A DNA stretch of 64,000 bases from Auanema rhodensis (lineage: Eukaryota; Animalia; Nematoda). Location: NCBI GenBank assembly GCA_964057225.1, contig OZ059898.1:10974001-11038000 (forward strand). Reading direction: 5' to 3'. This document shows positions 1 to 12,400 of the stretch, one piece after another. The position numbers were made by a program, and so were the translations under genes. Position 1 is the first letter of the stretch. The number at the start of each line of letters is the position of its first letter. Under the pieces are notes generated by a model. It saw nothing but the letters and a program-made list of their open reading frames with translations, was not told where the DNA came from and did not search any database.

Positions 1-165
1 AGCTCACAACTGTTTTTGCCATGTCATTCTGATCTAGTGAACTGAGGCGCTGCGGCCAGTTCGCAGTATTATCAGTATTGCTGTGAAAACTGAATCATTT
101 TTCTAATTTCAAACCAGCGCCTTAAATTTTTGGCTCAAAATATAGCTAATAACTGTTGTTATCAT

Positions 166-249
166 GTCATTCTGGCCGAGTGGTCTAAGGCGCTGCGTTC
201 AGGTCGCAGTCCTCTCCGGAGGGCGCAGGTTCGAATCCTGCGGATGACA
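166..249 (+). tRNA. tRNA-Leu, anticodon CAG (first full copy; representative of ~125)
   Basis: 84 nt. Acceptor stem GTCATTC/GGATGAC plus discriminator A; D-arm with A-box TGGCCGAGTGG; anticodon arm CTGCG-TT(CAG)GT-CGCAG; long variable arm CCTC-TCCG-GAGG; T-arm GCAGG-TTCGAAT-CCTGC. Body closely matches the nematode Leu-CAG tRNA as I recall it. Confidence 0.98.
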
Positions 250-254
250 GTACC

Positions 255-259
255 TTTTT
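255..259 (+). terminator. Pol III oligo-dT terminator (T5; backup T6 ~15 nt further), present in nearly every unit
   Basis: ...GATGACA GTA(T/C)C TTTTT GGAAACCAAAT(C/A)AC TTTTTT follows each tRNA. Confidence 0.85.
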
Positions 260-340
260 GGAAACCAAATAACTTTTTTAATTTCAAACCAGCGCCCTAA
301 AGTTTTGGCGGAAACTGAAGCTCACAACTGTGTTTGCCAT

Positions 341-483
341 GTCATTCTGATCTAGTGAACTGAGGCGCTGCGGCCAGTTCGCAGTATTATCAGTATTGCT
401 GTGAAAACTGAATCATTTTTCTAATTTCAAACCAGCGCCTTGAATTTTTGGCTCAAAATATAGCTAATAACTGTTGTTATCAT
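341..483 (+). pseudogene. Degenerate tRNA-Leu half-unit ('B' monomer; representative, one per repeat)
   Basis: GTCATTCTGATCTAGTGAACTGAGGCGCTGCGGCCAGTTCGCAGT aligns to tRNA nt 1-45. Variable arm, T-arm (B-box) and 3' acceptor strand are missing. The downstream flank (..TAATTTCAAACCAGCGCCTTAAA..) is homologous to the flank of the intact half. Confidence 0.9.
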
Positions 484-3400
484 GTCATTCTGGCCGAGTG
501 GTCTAAGGCGCTGCGTTCAGGTCGCAGTCCTCTCCGGAGGGCGCAGGTTCGAATCCTGCGGATGACAGTATCTTTTTGGAAACCAAAACACTTTTTTAAT
601 TTCAAACCAGCGCCTTAAAGTTTCAGCGATAACTGAAGCTCACAACTGTGTTTGCCATGTCATTCTGATCTAGTGAACTGAGGCGCTGCGCCCGTTTGCA
701 GTATTATCCGTATTGCTTTGAAAACTGAATCATTTTTCTAATTTCAAACCAGCGCCTTGAATTTTTGGCTCAAAATATAGCTAATAACTGTTGTTATCAT
801 GTCATTCTGGCCGAGTGGTCTAAGGCGCTGCGTTCAGGTCGCAGTCCTCTCCGGAGGGCGCAGGTTCGAATCCTGCGGATGACAGTATCTTTTTGGAAAC
901 CAAATCACTTTTTTAATTTCAAACAAGCGCTTTAAAGTTTCAGCGATAACTGAAGCTCACAACTGTTTTTGCCATGTCATTCTGAACTAGTGAACTGAGG
1001 CGCTGCGCCCGTTCGCAGTATTATCAGTATTGCTTTGAAAACCGAATCATTTTTCTAATTTCAAACCAGCGCCTTAAATTTTTGGCTCAAAATATAGCTA
1101 ATAACTGTTGTTATCATGTCATTCTGGCCGAGTGGTCTAAGGCGCTGCGTTCAGGTCGCAGTCCTCTCCGGAGGGCGCAGGTTCGAATCCTGCGGATGAC
1201 AGTATCTTTTTGGAAACCAAATCACTTTTTTAATTTCAAACCAGCGCCTTAAAGTTTTGGCGGAAACTGAAGCTCACAACTGTGTTTGCCATGTCATTCT
1301 GATCTAGTGAACTGAGGCGCTGCGCCTGTTCGCAGTATTATCAGTATTGCTTTGAAAACCGAATCATTTTTCTAATTTCAAACCAGCGCCTTAAATTTTT
1401 GGCTCAAAATATAGCTAATAACTGTTGTTATCATGTCATTCTGGCCGAGCGGTCTAAGGCGCTGCGTTCAGGTCGCAGTCCTCTCCGGAGGGCGCAGGTT
1501 CGAATCCTGCGGATGACAGTATCTTTTTGGAAACCAAATCACTTTTTTAATTTCAAACCAGCGCCTTAAAGTTTTGGCGGAAACTGAAGCTCACAACTGT
1601 GTTTGCCATGTCATTCTGATCTAGTGAACTGAGGCGCTGCGGCCAGTTCGCAGTATTATCAGTATTGCTGTGAAAACTGAATCATTTTTCTAATTTCAAA
1701 CCAGCGCCTTAAATTTTTGGCTCAAAATATAGCTAATAACTGTTGTTATCATGTCATTCTGGCCGAGTGGTCTAAGGCGCTGCGTTCAGGTCGTAGTCCT
1801 CTCCGGAGGGCGCAGGTTCGAATCCTGCGGATGACAGTACCTTTTTGGAAACCAAATCACTTTTTTAATTTCAAACCAGCGCCCTAAAGTTTTGGCGGAA
1901 ACTGAAGCTCACAACTGTGTTTGCCATGTCATTCTGATCTAGTGAACTGAGGCGCTGCGGCCAGTTCGCAGTATTATCAGTATTGCTTTGAAAACCGAAT
2001 CATTTTTCTAATTTCAAACCAGCGCCTTGAATTTTTGGCTCAAAATATAGCTAATAACTGTTGTTATCATGTCATTCTGGCCGAGTGGTCTAAGGCGCTG
2101 CGTTCAGGTCGCCCTCCTCTCCGGAGGGCGCAGGTTCGAATCCTGCGGATGACAGTATCTTTGTGGAAACCAAATCACTTTTTTAATTTCAAACCAGCGC
2201 CTTAAAGTTTTGGCGGAAACTGAAGCTCACAACTGTGTTTGCCATGTCATTCTGATCTAGTGAACTGAGGCGCTGCGACCAGTTCGCAGTATTATCAGTA
2301 TTGCTGTGAAAACTGAATCATTTTTCTAATTTCAAACCAGCGCCTTAAATTTTTGGCTCAAAATATAGCTAATAACTGTTGTTATCATGTCATTCTGGCC
2401 GAGTGGTCTAAGGCGCTGCGTTCAGGTCGCAGTCCTCTCCGGAGGGCGCAGGTTCGAATCCTGCGGATGACAGTATCTTTTTGGAAACCAAATCACTTTT
2501 TTAATTTCAAACCAGCGCCTTAAAGTTTTGGCGGAAACTGAAGCTCACAACTGTGTTTGCCATGTCATTCTGATCTAGTGAACTGAGGCGCTGCGCCTGT
2601 TCGCAGTATTATCAGTATTGCTGTGAAAACTGAATCATTTTTCTAATTTCAAACCAGCGCCTTAAATTTTTGGCTCAAAATATAGCTAATAACTGTTGTT
2701 ATCATGTCATTCTGGCCGAGTGGTCTAAGGCGCTGCGTTCAGGTCGCAGTCCTCTCCGGAGGGCGCAGGTTCGAATCCTGCGGATGACAGTATCTTTTTG
2801 GAAACCAAATCACTTTTTTAATTTCAAACCAGCGCCTTAAAGTTTTGGCGGAAACTGAAGCTCACAACTGTGTTTGCCATGTCATTCTGATCTAGTGAAC
2901 TGAGGCGCTGCGCCTGTTCGCAGTATTATCAGTATTGCTTTGAAAACCGAATCATTTTTCTAATTTCAAACCAGCGCCTTAAATTTTTGGCTCAAAATAT
3001 AGCTAATAACTGTTGTTATCATGTCATTCTGGCCGAGCGGTCTAAGGCGCTGCGTTCAGGTCGCAGTCCTCTCCGGAGGGCGCAGGTTCGAATCCTGCGG
3101 ATGACAGTATCTTTTTGGAAACCAAATCACTTTTTTAATTTCAAACCAGCGCCTTAAAGTTTTGGCGGAAACTGAAGCTCACAACTGTGTTTGCCATGTC
3201 ATTCTGATCTAGTGAACTGAGGCGCTGCGGCCAGTTCGCAGTATTATCAGTATTGCTGTGAAAACTGAATCATTTTTCTAATTTCAAACCAGCGCCTTGA
3301 ATTTTTGGCTCAAAATATAGCTAATAACTGTTGTTATCATGTCATTCTGGCCGAGTGGTCTAAGGCGCTGCGTTCAGGTCGCAGTCCTCTCCGGAGGGCG

Positions 3401-6400
3401 CAGGTTCGAATCCTGCGGATGACAGTATCTTTTTGGAAACCAAATCACTTTTTTAATTTCAAACCAGCGCCTTAAAGTTTCAGCGATAACTGAAGCTCAC
3501 AACTGTGTTTGCCATGTCATTCTGATCTAGTGAACTGAGGCGCTGCGCCCGTTTGCAGTATTATCCGTATTGCTTTGAAAACTGAATCATTTTTCTAATT
3601 TCAAACCAGCGCCTTGAATTTTTGGCTCAAAATATAGCTAATAACTGTTGTTATCATGTCATTCTGGCCGAGTGGTCTAAGGCGCTGCGTTCAGGTCGCA
3701 GTCCTCTCCGGAGGGCGCAGGTTCGAATCCTGCGGATGACAGTATCTTTTTGGAAACCAAATCACTTTTTTAATTTCAAACCAGCGCCTCAAAGTTTTGG
3801 CGGAAACTGAAGCTCACAACTGTGTTTGCCATGTCATTCTGATCTAGTGAACTGAGGCGCTGCGGCCAGTTCGCAGTATTATCAGTATTGCTGTGAAAAC
3901 TGAATCATTTTTCTAATTTCAAACCAGCGCCTTAAATTTTTGGCTCAAAATATAGCTAATAACTGTTGTTATCATGTCATTCTGGCCGAGTGGTCTAAGG
4001 CGCTGCGTTCAGGTCGCAGTCCTCTCCGGAGGGCGCAGGTTCGAATCCTGCGGATGACAGTATCTTTTTGGAAACCAAATCACTTTTTTAATTTCAAACC
4101 AGCGCCTTAAAGTTTTGGCGGAAACTGAAGCTCACAACTGTGTTTGCCATGTCATTCTGATCTAGTGAACTGAGGCGCTGCGGCCAGTTCGCAGTATTAT
4201 CAGTATTGCTGTGAAAACTGAATCATTTTTCTAATTTCAAACCAGCGCCTTAAATTTTTGGCTCAAAATATAGCTAATAACTGTTGTTATCATGTCATTC
4301 TGGCCGAGTGGTCTAAGGCGCTGCGTTCAGGTCGTAGTCCTCTCCGGAGGGCGCAGGTTCGAATCCTGCGGATGACAGTACCTTTTTGGAAACCAAATCA
4401 CTTTTTTAATTTCAAACCAGCGCCCTAAAGTTTTGGCGGAAACTGAAGCTCACAACTGTGTTTGCCATGTCATTCTGATCTAGTGAACTGAGGCGCTGCG
4501 GCCAGTTCGCAGTATTATCAGTATTGCTTTGAAAACCGAATCATTTTTCTAATTTCAAACCAGCGCCTTGAATTTTTGGCTCAAAATATAGCTAATAACT
4601 GTTGTTATCATGTCATTCTGGCCGAGTGGTCTAAGGCGCTGCGTTCAGGTCGCCCTCCTCTCCGGAGGGCGCAGGTTCGAATCCTGCGGATGACAGTATC
4701 TTTGTGGAAACCAAATCACTTTTTTAATTTCAAACCAGCGCCTTAAAGTTTTGGCGGAAACTGAAGCTCACAACTGTGTTTGCCATGTCATTCTGATCTA
4801 GTGAACTGAGGCGCTGCGACCAGTTCGCAGTATTATCAGTATTGCTGTGAAAACTGAATCATTTTTCTAATTTCAAACCAGCGCCTTAAATTTTTGGCTC
4901 AAAATATAGCTAATAACTGTTGTTATCATGTCATTCTGGCCGAGTGGTCTAAGGCGCTGCGTTCAGGTCGCAGTCCTCTCCGGAGGGCGCAGGTTCGAAT
5001 CCTGCGGATGACAGTATCTTTTTGGAAACCAAATCACTTTTTTAATTTCAAACCAGCGCCTTAAAGTTTTGGCGGAAACTGAAGCTCACAACTGTGTTTG
5101 CCATGTCATTCTGATCTAGTGAACTGAGGCGCTGCGCCTGTTCGCAGTATTATCAGTATTGCTGTGAAAACTGAATCATTTTTCTAATTTCAAACCAGCG
5201 CCTTAAATTTTTGGCTCAAAATATAGCTAATAACTGTTGTTATCATGTCATTCTGGCCGAGTGGTCTAAGGCGCTGCGTTCAGGTCGCAGTCCTCTCCGG
5301 AGGGCGCAGGTTCGAATCCTGCGGATGACAGTATCTTTTTGGAAACCAAATCACTTTTTTAATTTCAAACCAGCGCCTTAAAGTTTTGGCGGAAACTGAA
5401 GCTCACAACTGTGTTTGCCATGTCATTCTGATCTAATGAACTGAGGCGCTGCGCCCGTTCGCAGTATTATCAGTATTGCTTTGAAAACCGAATCATCTTT
5501 CTAATTTCAAACCAGCGCCTTGAATTTTTGGCTCAAAATATAGCTAATAACTGTTGTTATCATGTCATTCTGGCCGAGTGGTCTAAGGCGCTGCGTTCAG
5601 GTCGCAGTCCTCTCCGGAGGGCGCAGGTTCGAATCCTGCGGATGACAGTATCTTTTTGGAAACCAAATCACTTTTTTAATTTCAAACCAGCGCCTTAAAG
5701 TTTTGGCGGAAACTGAAGCTCACAACTGTGTTTGCCATGTCATTCTGATCTAGTGAACTGAGGCGCTGCGCCCGTTCGCAGTATTATCAGTATTGCTTTG
5801 AAAACCGAATCATTTTTCTAATTTCAAACCAGCGCCTTAAATTTTTGGCTCAAAATATAGCTAATAACTGTTGTTATCATGTCATTCTGGCCGAGTGGTC
5901 TAAGGCGCTGCGTTCAGGTCGCAGTCCTCTCCGGAGGGCGCAGGTTCGAATCCTGCGGATGACAGTATCTTTTTGGAAACCAAATCACTTTTTTAATTTC
6001 AAACCAGCGCCTCAAAGTTTTGGCGGAAACTGAAGCTCACAACTGTGTTTGCCATGTCATTCTGATCTAGTGAACTGAGGCGCTGCGGCCAGTTCGCAGT
6101 ATTATCAGTATTGCTGTGAAAACTGAATCATTTTTCTAATTTCAAACCAGCGCCTTAAATTTTTGGCTCAAAATATAGCTAATAACTGTTGTTATCATGT
6201 CATTCTGGCCGAGTGGTCTAAGGCGCTGCGTTCAGGTCGCAGTCCTCTCCGGAGGGCGCAGGTTCGAATCCTGCGGATGACAGTATCTTTTTGGAAACCA
6301 AATCACTTTTTTAATTTCAAACCAGCGCCTTGAAGTTTTGGCGGAAACTGAAGCTCACAACTGTGTTTGCCATGTCATTCTGATCTAGTGAACTGAGGCG

Positions 6401-9400
6401 CTGCGGCCAGTTCGCAGTATTATCAGTATTGCTTTGAAAACCGAATCATTTTTCTAATTTCAAACCAGCGCCTTAAATGTTTGGCTCAAAATAAAGCTAA
6501 TAACTGTTGTTATCATGTCATTCTGGCCGAGTGGTCTAAGGCGCTGCGTTCAGGTCGCAGTCCTCTCCGGAGGGCGCAGGTTCGAATCCTGCGGATGACA
6601 GTATCTTTTTGGAAACCAAATCACTTTTTTAATTTCAAACCAGCGCCTTAAAGTTTTGGCGGAAACTGAAGCTCACAACTGTGTTTGCCATGTCATTCTG
6701 ATCTAGTGAACTGAGGCGCTGCGCCCGTTCGCAGTATTATCAGTATTGCTTTGAAAACCGAATCATTTTTCTAATTTCAAACCAGCGCCTTAAATTTTTA
6801 GCTCAAAATAAAGCTAATAACTGTTGTTATCATGTCATTCTGGCCGAGTGGTCTAAGGCGCTGCGTTCAGGTCGCAGTCCTCTCCGGAGGGCGCAGGTTC
6901 GAATCCTGCGGATGACAGTATCTTTTTGGAAACCAAATCACTTTTTTAATTTCAAACCAGCGCCTTAAAGTTTTGGCGGAAACTGAAGCTCACAACTGTG
7001 TTTGCCATGTCATTCTGATCTAGTGAACTGAGGCGCTGCGCCCGTTCGCAGTATTATCAGTATTGCTGTGAAAACTGAATCATTTTTCTAATTTCAAACC
7101 AGCGCCTTGAATTTTTGGCTCAAAATATAGCTAATAACTGTTGTTATCATGTCATTCTGGCCGAGTGGTCTAAGGCGCTGCGTTCAGGTCGCAGTCCTCT
7201 CCGGAGGGCGCAGGTTCGAATCCTGCGGATGACAGTATCTTTTTGGAAACCAAATCACTTTTTTAATTTCAAACCAGCGCCTTGAAGTTTTGGCGGAAAC
7301 TGAAGCTCACAACTGTGTTTGCCATGTCATTCTGATCTAGTGAACTGAGGCGTTGCGCCCGTTCGCAGTATTATCAGTATTGCTTTGAAAACCGAATCAT
7401 TTTTCTAATTTCAAACCAGCGCCTTAAATTTTTGGCTCAAAATATAGCTAATAACTGTTGTTATCATGTCATTCTGGCCGAGTGGTCTAAGGCGCTGCGT
7501 TCAGGTCGCAGTCCTCTCCGGAGGGCGCAGGTTCGAATCCTGCGGATGACAGTATCTTTTTGGAAACCAAATCACTTTTTTAATTTCAAACAAGCGCCTT
7601 AAAGTTTTGGCGGAAGCTGAAGCTCACAACTGTTTTTGCCATGTCATTCTGATCTAGTGAACTGAGGCGCTGCGGCCAGTTCGCAGTATTATCAGTATTG
7701 CTTTGAAAACCGAATCATCTTTCTAATTTCAAACCAGCGCCTTAAATGTTTGGCTCAAAATAAAGCTAATAACTGTTGTTATCATGTCATTCTGGCCGAG
7801 TGGTCTAAGGCGCTGCGTTCAGGTCGCAGTCCTCTCCGGAGGGCGCAGGTTCGAATCCTGCGGATGACAGTATCTTTTTGGAAACCAAATCACTTTTTTA
7901 ATTTCAAACAAGCGCCTTAAAGTTTTGGCGGAAGCTGAAGCTCACAACTGTTTTTGCCATGTCATTCTGAACTAGTGAACTGAGGCGCTGCGCCCGTTCG
8001 CAGTATTATCAGTATTGCTTTGAAAACCGAATCATTTTTCTAATTTCAAACCAGCGCCTTAAATTTTTAGCTCAAAATAAAGCTAATAACTGTAGTTATC
8101 ATGTCATTCTGGCCGAGTGGTCTAAGGCGCTGCGTTCAGGTCGCAGTCCTCTCCGGAGGGCGCAGGTTCGAATCCTGCGGATGACAGTATCTTTTTGGAA
8201 ACCCAATCACTTTTTTAATTTCAAACAAGCGCCTTAAAGTTTTGGCGGAAGCTGAAGCTCACAACTGTTTTTGACATGTCATTCTGATCCAGTGAACTGA
8301 GGCGCTGCGCCCGTTCGCAGTATTATCAGTATTGCTTTGAAAACCGAATCATTTTTCTAATTTCAAACCAGCGCCTTAAATTTTTGGCTCAAAATATAGC
8401 TAATAACTGTTGTTATCATGTCATTCTGGCCGAGTGGTCTAAGGCGCTGCGTTCAGGTCGCAGTCCTCTCCGGAGGGCGCAGGCTCGAATCCTGCGGATG
8501 ACAGTATCTTTTTGGAAACCAAATCACTTTTTTAATTTCAAACAAGCGCCTTAAAGTTTTGGCGGAAGCTGAAGCTCACAACTGTTTTTGCCATGTCATT
8601 CTGAACTAGTGAACTGAGGCGCTGCGCCCGTTCGCAGTATTATCAGTATTGCTTTGAAAACCGAATCATTTTTCTAATTTCAAACCAGCGCCTCAAATTT
8701 TTGGCTCAAAATATAGCTAATAACTGTTGTTATCATGTCATTCTGGCCGAGTGGTCTAAATCGCTGCGTTCAGGTCGCAGTCCTCTGCGGAGGGCGCAGG
8801 TTCGAATCCTGCGGATGACAGTATCTTTTTGGAAACCAAATCACATGTTTAATTTCAAACAAGCGCCTTAAAGTTTCAGCGATAACTGAAGCTCACAACT
8901 GTTTTTGCCATGTCATTCTGAACTAGTGAACTGAGGCGCTGCGCCCGTTCGCAGTATTATCAGTATTGCTTTGAAAACCGAATCATTTTTCTAATTTCAA
9001 ACCAGCGCCTCAAATTTTTGGCTCAAAATATAGCTAATAACTGTTGTTATCATGTCATTCTGGCCGAGTGGTCTAAGGCGCTGCGTTCAGGTCGCAATCC
9101 TCTCCGGAGGGCGCAGGTTCGAATCCTGCGGATGACAGTATCTTTTTGGAAACCGAATCACTTTTTTAATTTCAAACCAGCGCCTTAAAGTTTTGGCGGA
9201 AAGTGAAGCTCACAACTGTTTTTGACATGTCATTCTGATCTAGTGAACTGAGGCGCTGCGGCCAGTTCGCAGTATTTTCAGTATTGCTGTGAAAACTGAA
9301 TCATTTTTCTAATTTCAAACCAGCGCCTTAAATTTTTGGCTCAAAATATAGCTAATAACTGTTGTTATTATGTCATTCTGGCCGAGTGGTCTAAGGCGCT

Positions 9401-12400
9401 GCGTTCAGGTCGCAGTCCTCTCCGGAGGGCGCAGTTTCGAATCCTGCGGATGACAGTATCTTTTTGGAAACCAAATCACTTTTTTAATTTCAAACCAGCG
9501 CCTTAAAGTTTCAGCGATAACTGAAGCTCACAACTGTTTTTGCCATGTCATTCTGAACTAGTGAACTGAGGCGCTGCGCCCGTTCGCAGTATTATCAGTA
9601 TTGCTTTGAAAACCGAATCATTTTTCTAATTTCAAACCAGCGCCTTAAATTTTTGGCTCAAAATATAGCTAATAACTGTTGTTATCATGTCATTCTGGCC
9701 GAGTGGTCTAAGGCGCTGCGTTCAGGTCGCAGTCCTCTCCGGAGGGCGCAGGTTCGAATCCTGCGGATGACAGTATCTTTTTGGAAACCAAATCACTTTT
9801 TTAATTTCAAACCAGCGCCTTAAAGTTTTGGCGGAAACTGAAGCTCACAACTGTGTTTGCCATGTCATTCTGATCTAGTGAACTGAGGCGCTGCGGCCAG
9901 TTCGCAGTATTATCAGTATTGCTTTGAAAACCGAATCATCTTTCTAATTTCAAACCAGCGCCTTAAATTTTTGGCTCAAAATAAAGCTAATAACTGTAGT
10001 TATCATGTCATTCTGGCCGAGTGGTCTAAGGCGCTGCGTTCAGGTCGCAGTCCTCTCCGGAGGGCGCAGGTTCGAATCCTGCGAATGACAGTATCTTTTT
10101 GGAAACCAAATCACTTTTTTAATTTCAAAGCAGCGCCTTAAAGTTTCGGCGGAAAGTGAAGCTCACAACTGTTTTTGACATGTCATTCTGATCTAGTGAA
10201 CTGAGGCGCTGCGGCCAGTTCGCAGTATTTTCAGTATTGCTGTGAAAACTGAATCATTTTTCTAATTTCAAACCAGCGCCTTAAATTTTTGGCTCAAAAT
10301 ATAGCTAATAACTGTTGTTATTATGTCATTCTGGCCGAGTGGTCTAAGGCGCTGCGTTCAGGTGGCAGTCCTCTCCGGAGGGCGCAGGTTCGAATCCTAC
10401 GGATGACAGTATCTTTTTGGAAACCAAATCACTTTTTTAATTTCAAACCAGCGCCTTAAAGTTTCAGCGATAACTGAAGCTCACAACTGTTTTTGCCATG
10501 TCATTCTGAACTAGTGAACTGAGGCGCTGCGCCCGTTCGCAGTATTATCAGTATTGCTTTGAAAACCGAATCATTTTTCTAATTTCAAACCAGCGCCTTA
10601 AATTTTTGGCTCAAAATAAAGCTAATAACTGTAGTTATCATGTCATTCTGGCCGAGTGGTCTAAGGCGCTGCGTTCAGGTCGCAGTCCTCTCCGGAGGGC
10701 GCAGGTTCGAATCCTGCGGATGACAGTATCTTTTTGGAAACCCAATCACTTTTTTAATTTCAAACAAGCGCCTTAAAGTTTTGGCGGAAGCTGAAGCTCA
10801 CAACTGTTTTTGCCATGTCATTCTGAACTAGTGAACTGAGGCGCTGCGCCCGTTCGCAGTATTATCAGTATTGCTTTGAAAACCGAATCATTTTTCTAAT
10901 TTCAAACCAGCGCCTTAAATTTTTGGCTCAAAATATAGCTAATAACTGTTGTTATCATGTCATTCTGGCCGAGTGGTCTAAGGCGCTGCGTTCAGGTCGC
11001 AGTCCTCTCCGGAGGGCGCAGGTTCGAATCCTGCGGATGACAGTATCTTTTTGGAAACCAAATCACTTTTTTAATTTCAAACCAGCGCCTTAAAGTTTTG
11101 GCGGAAACTGAAGCTCACAACTGTGTTTGCCATGTCATTCTGATCTAGTGAACTGAGGCGCTGCGGCCAGTTCGCAGTATTATCAGTATTGCTTTGAAAA
11201 CCGAATCATCTTTCTAATTTCAAACCAGCGCCTTAAATTTTTGGCTCAAAATAAAGCTAATAACTGTAGTTATCATGTCATTCTGGCCGAGTGGTCTAAG
11301 GCGCTGCGTTCAGGTCGCAGTCCTCTCCGGAGGGCGCAGGTTCGAATCCTGCGAATGACAGTATCTTTTTGGAAACCAAATCACTTTTTTAATTTCAAAG
11401 CAGCGCCTTAAAGTTTCGGCGGAAAGTGAAGCTCACAACTGTTTTTGACATGTCATTCTGATCTAGTGAACTGAGGCGCTGCGGCCAGTTCGCAGTATTT
11501 TCAGTATTGCTGTGAAAACTGAATCATTTTTCTAATTTCAAACCAGCGCCTTAAATTTTTGGCTCAAAATATAGCTAATAACTGTTGTTATTATGTCATT
11601 CTGGCCGAGTGGTCTAAGGCGCTGCGTTCAGGTCGCAGTCCTCTCCGGAGGGCGCAGGTTCGAATCCTGCGGATGACAGTATCTTTTTGGAAACCAAATC
11701 ACTTTTTTAATTTCAAACCAGCGCCTTAAAGTTTCAGCGATAACTGAAGCTCACAACTGTTTTTGCCATGTCATTCTGAACTAGTGAACTGAGGCGCTGC
11801 GCCCGTTCGCAGTATTATCAGTATTGCTTTGAAAACCGAATCATTTTTCTAATTTCAAACCAGCGCCTTAAATTTTTGGCTCAAAATATAGCTAATAACT
11901 GTTGTTATCATGTCATTCTGGCCGAGTGGTCTAAGGCGCTGCGTTCAGGTCGCAGTCCTCTCCGGAGGGCGCAGGTTCAAATCCTGCGGATGACAGTATC
12001 TTTTTGGAAACCAAATCACTTTTTTAATTTCAAACCAGCGCCTTAAAGTTTTGGCGGAAACTGAAGCTCACAACTGTGTTTGCCATGTCATTCTGATCTA
12101 GTGAACTGAGGCGCTGCGGCCAGTTCGCAGTATTATCAGTATTGCTTTGAAAACCGAATCATCTTTCTAATTTCAAACCAGCGCCTTAAATTTTTGGCTC
12201 AAAATAAAGCTAATAACTGTAGTTATCATGTCATTCTGGCCGAGTGGTCTAAGGCGCTGCGTTCAGGTCGCAGTCCTCTCCGGAGGGCGCAGGTTCGAAT
12301 CCTGCGAATGACAGTATCTTTTTGGAAACCAAATCACTTTTTTAATTTCAAAGCAGCGCCTTAAAGTTTCGGCGGAAAGTGAAGCTCACAACTGTTTTTG

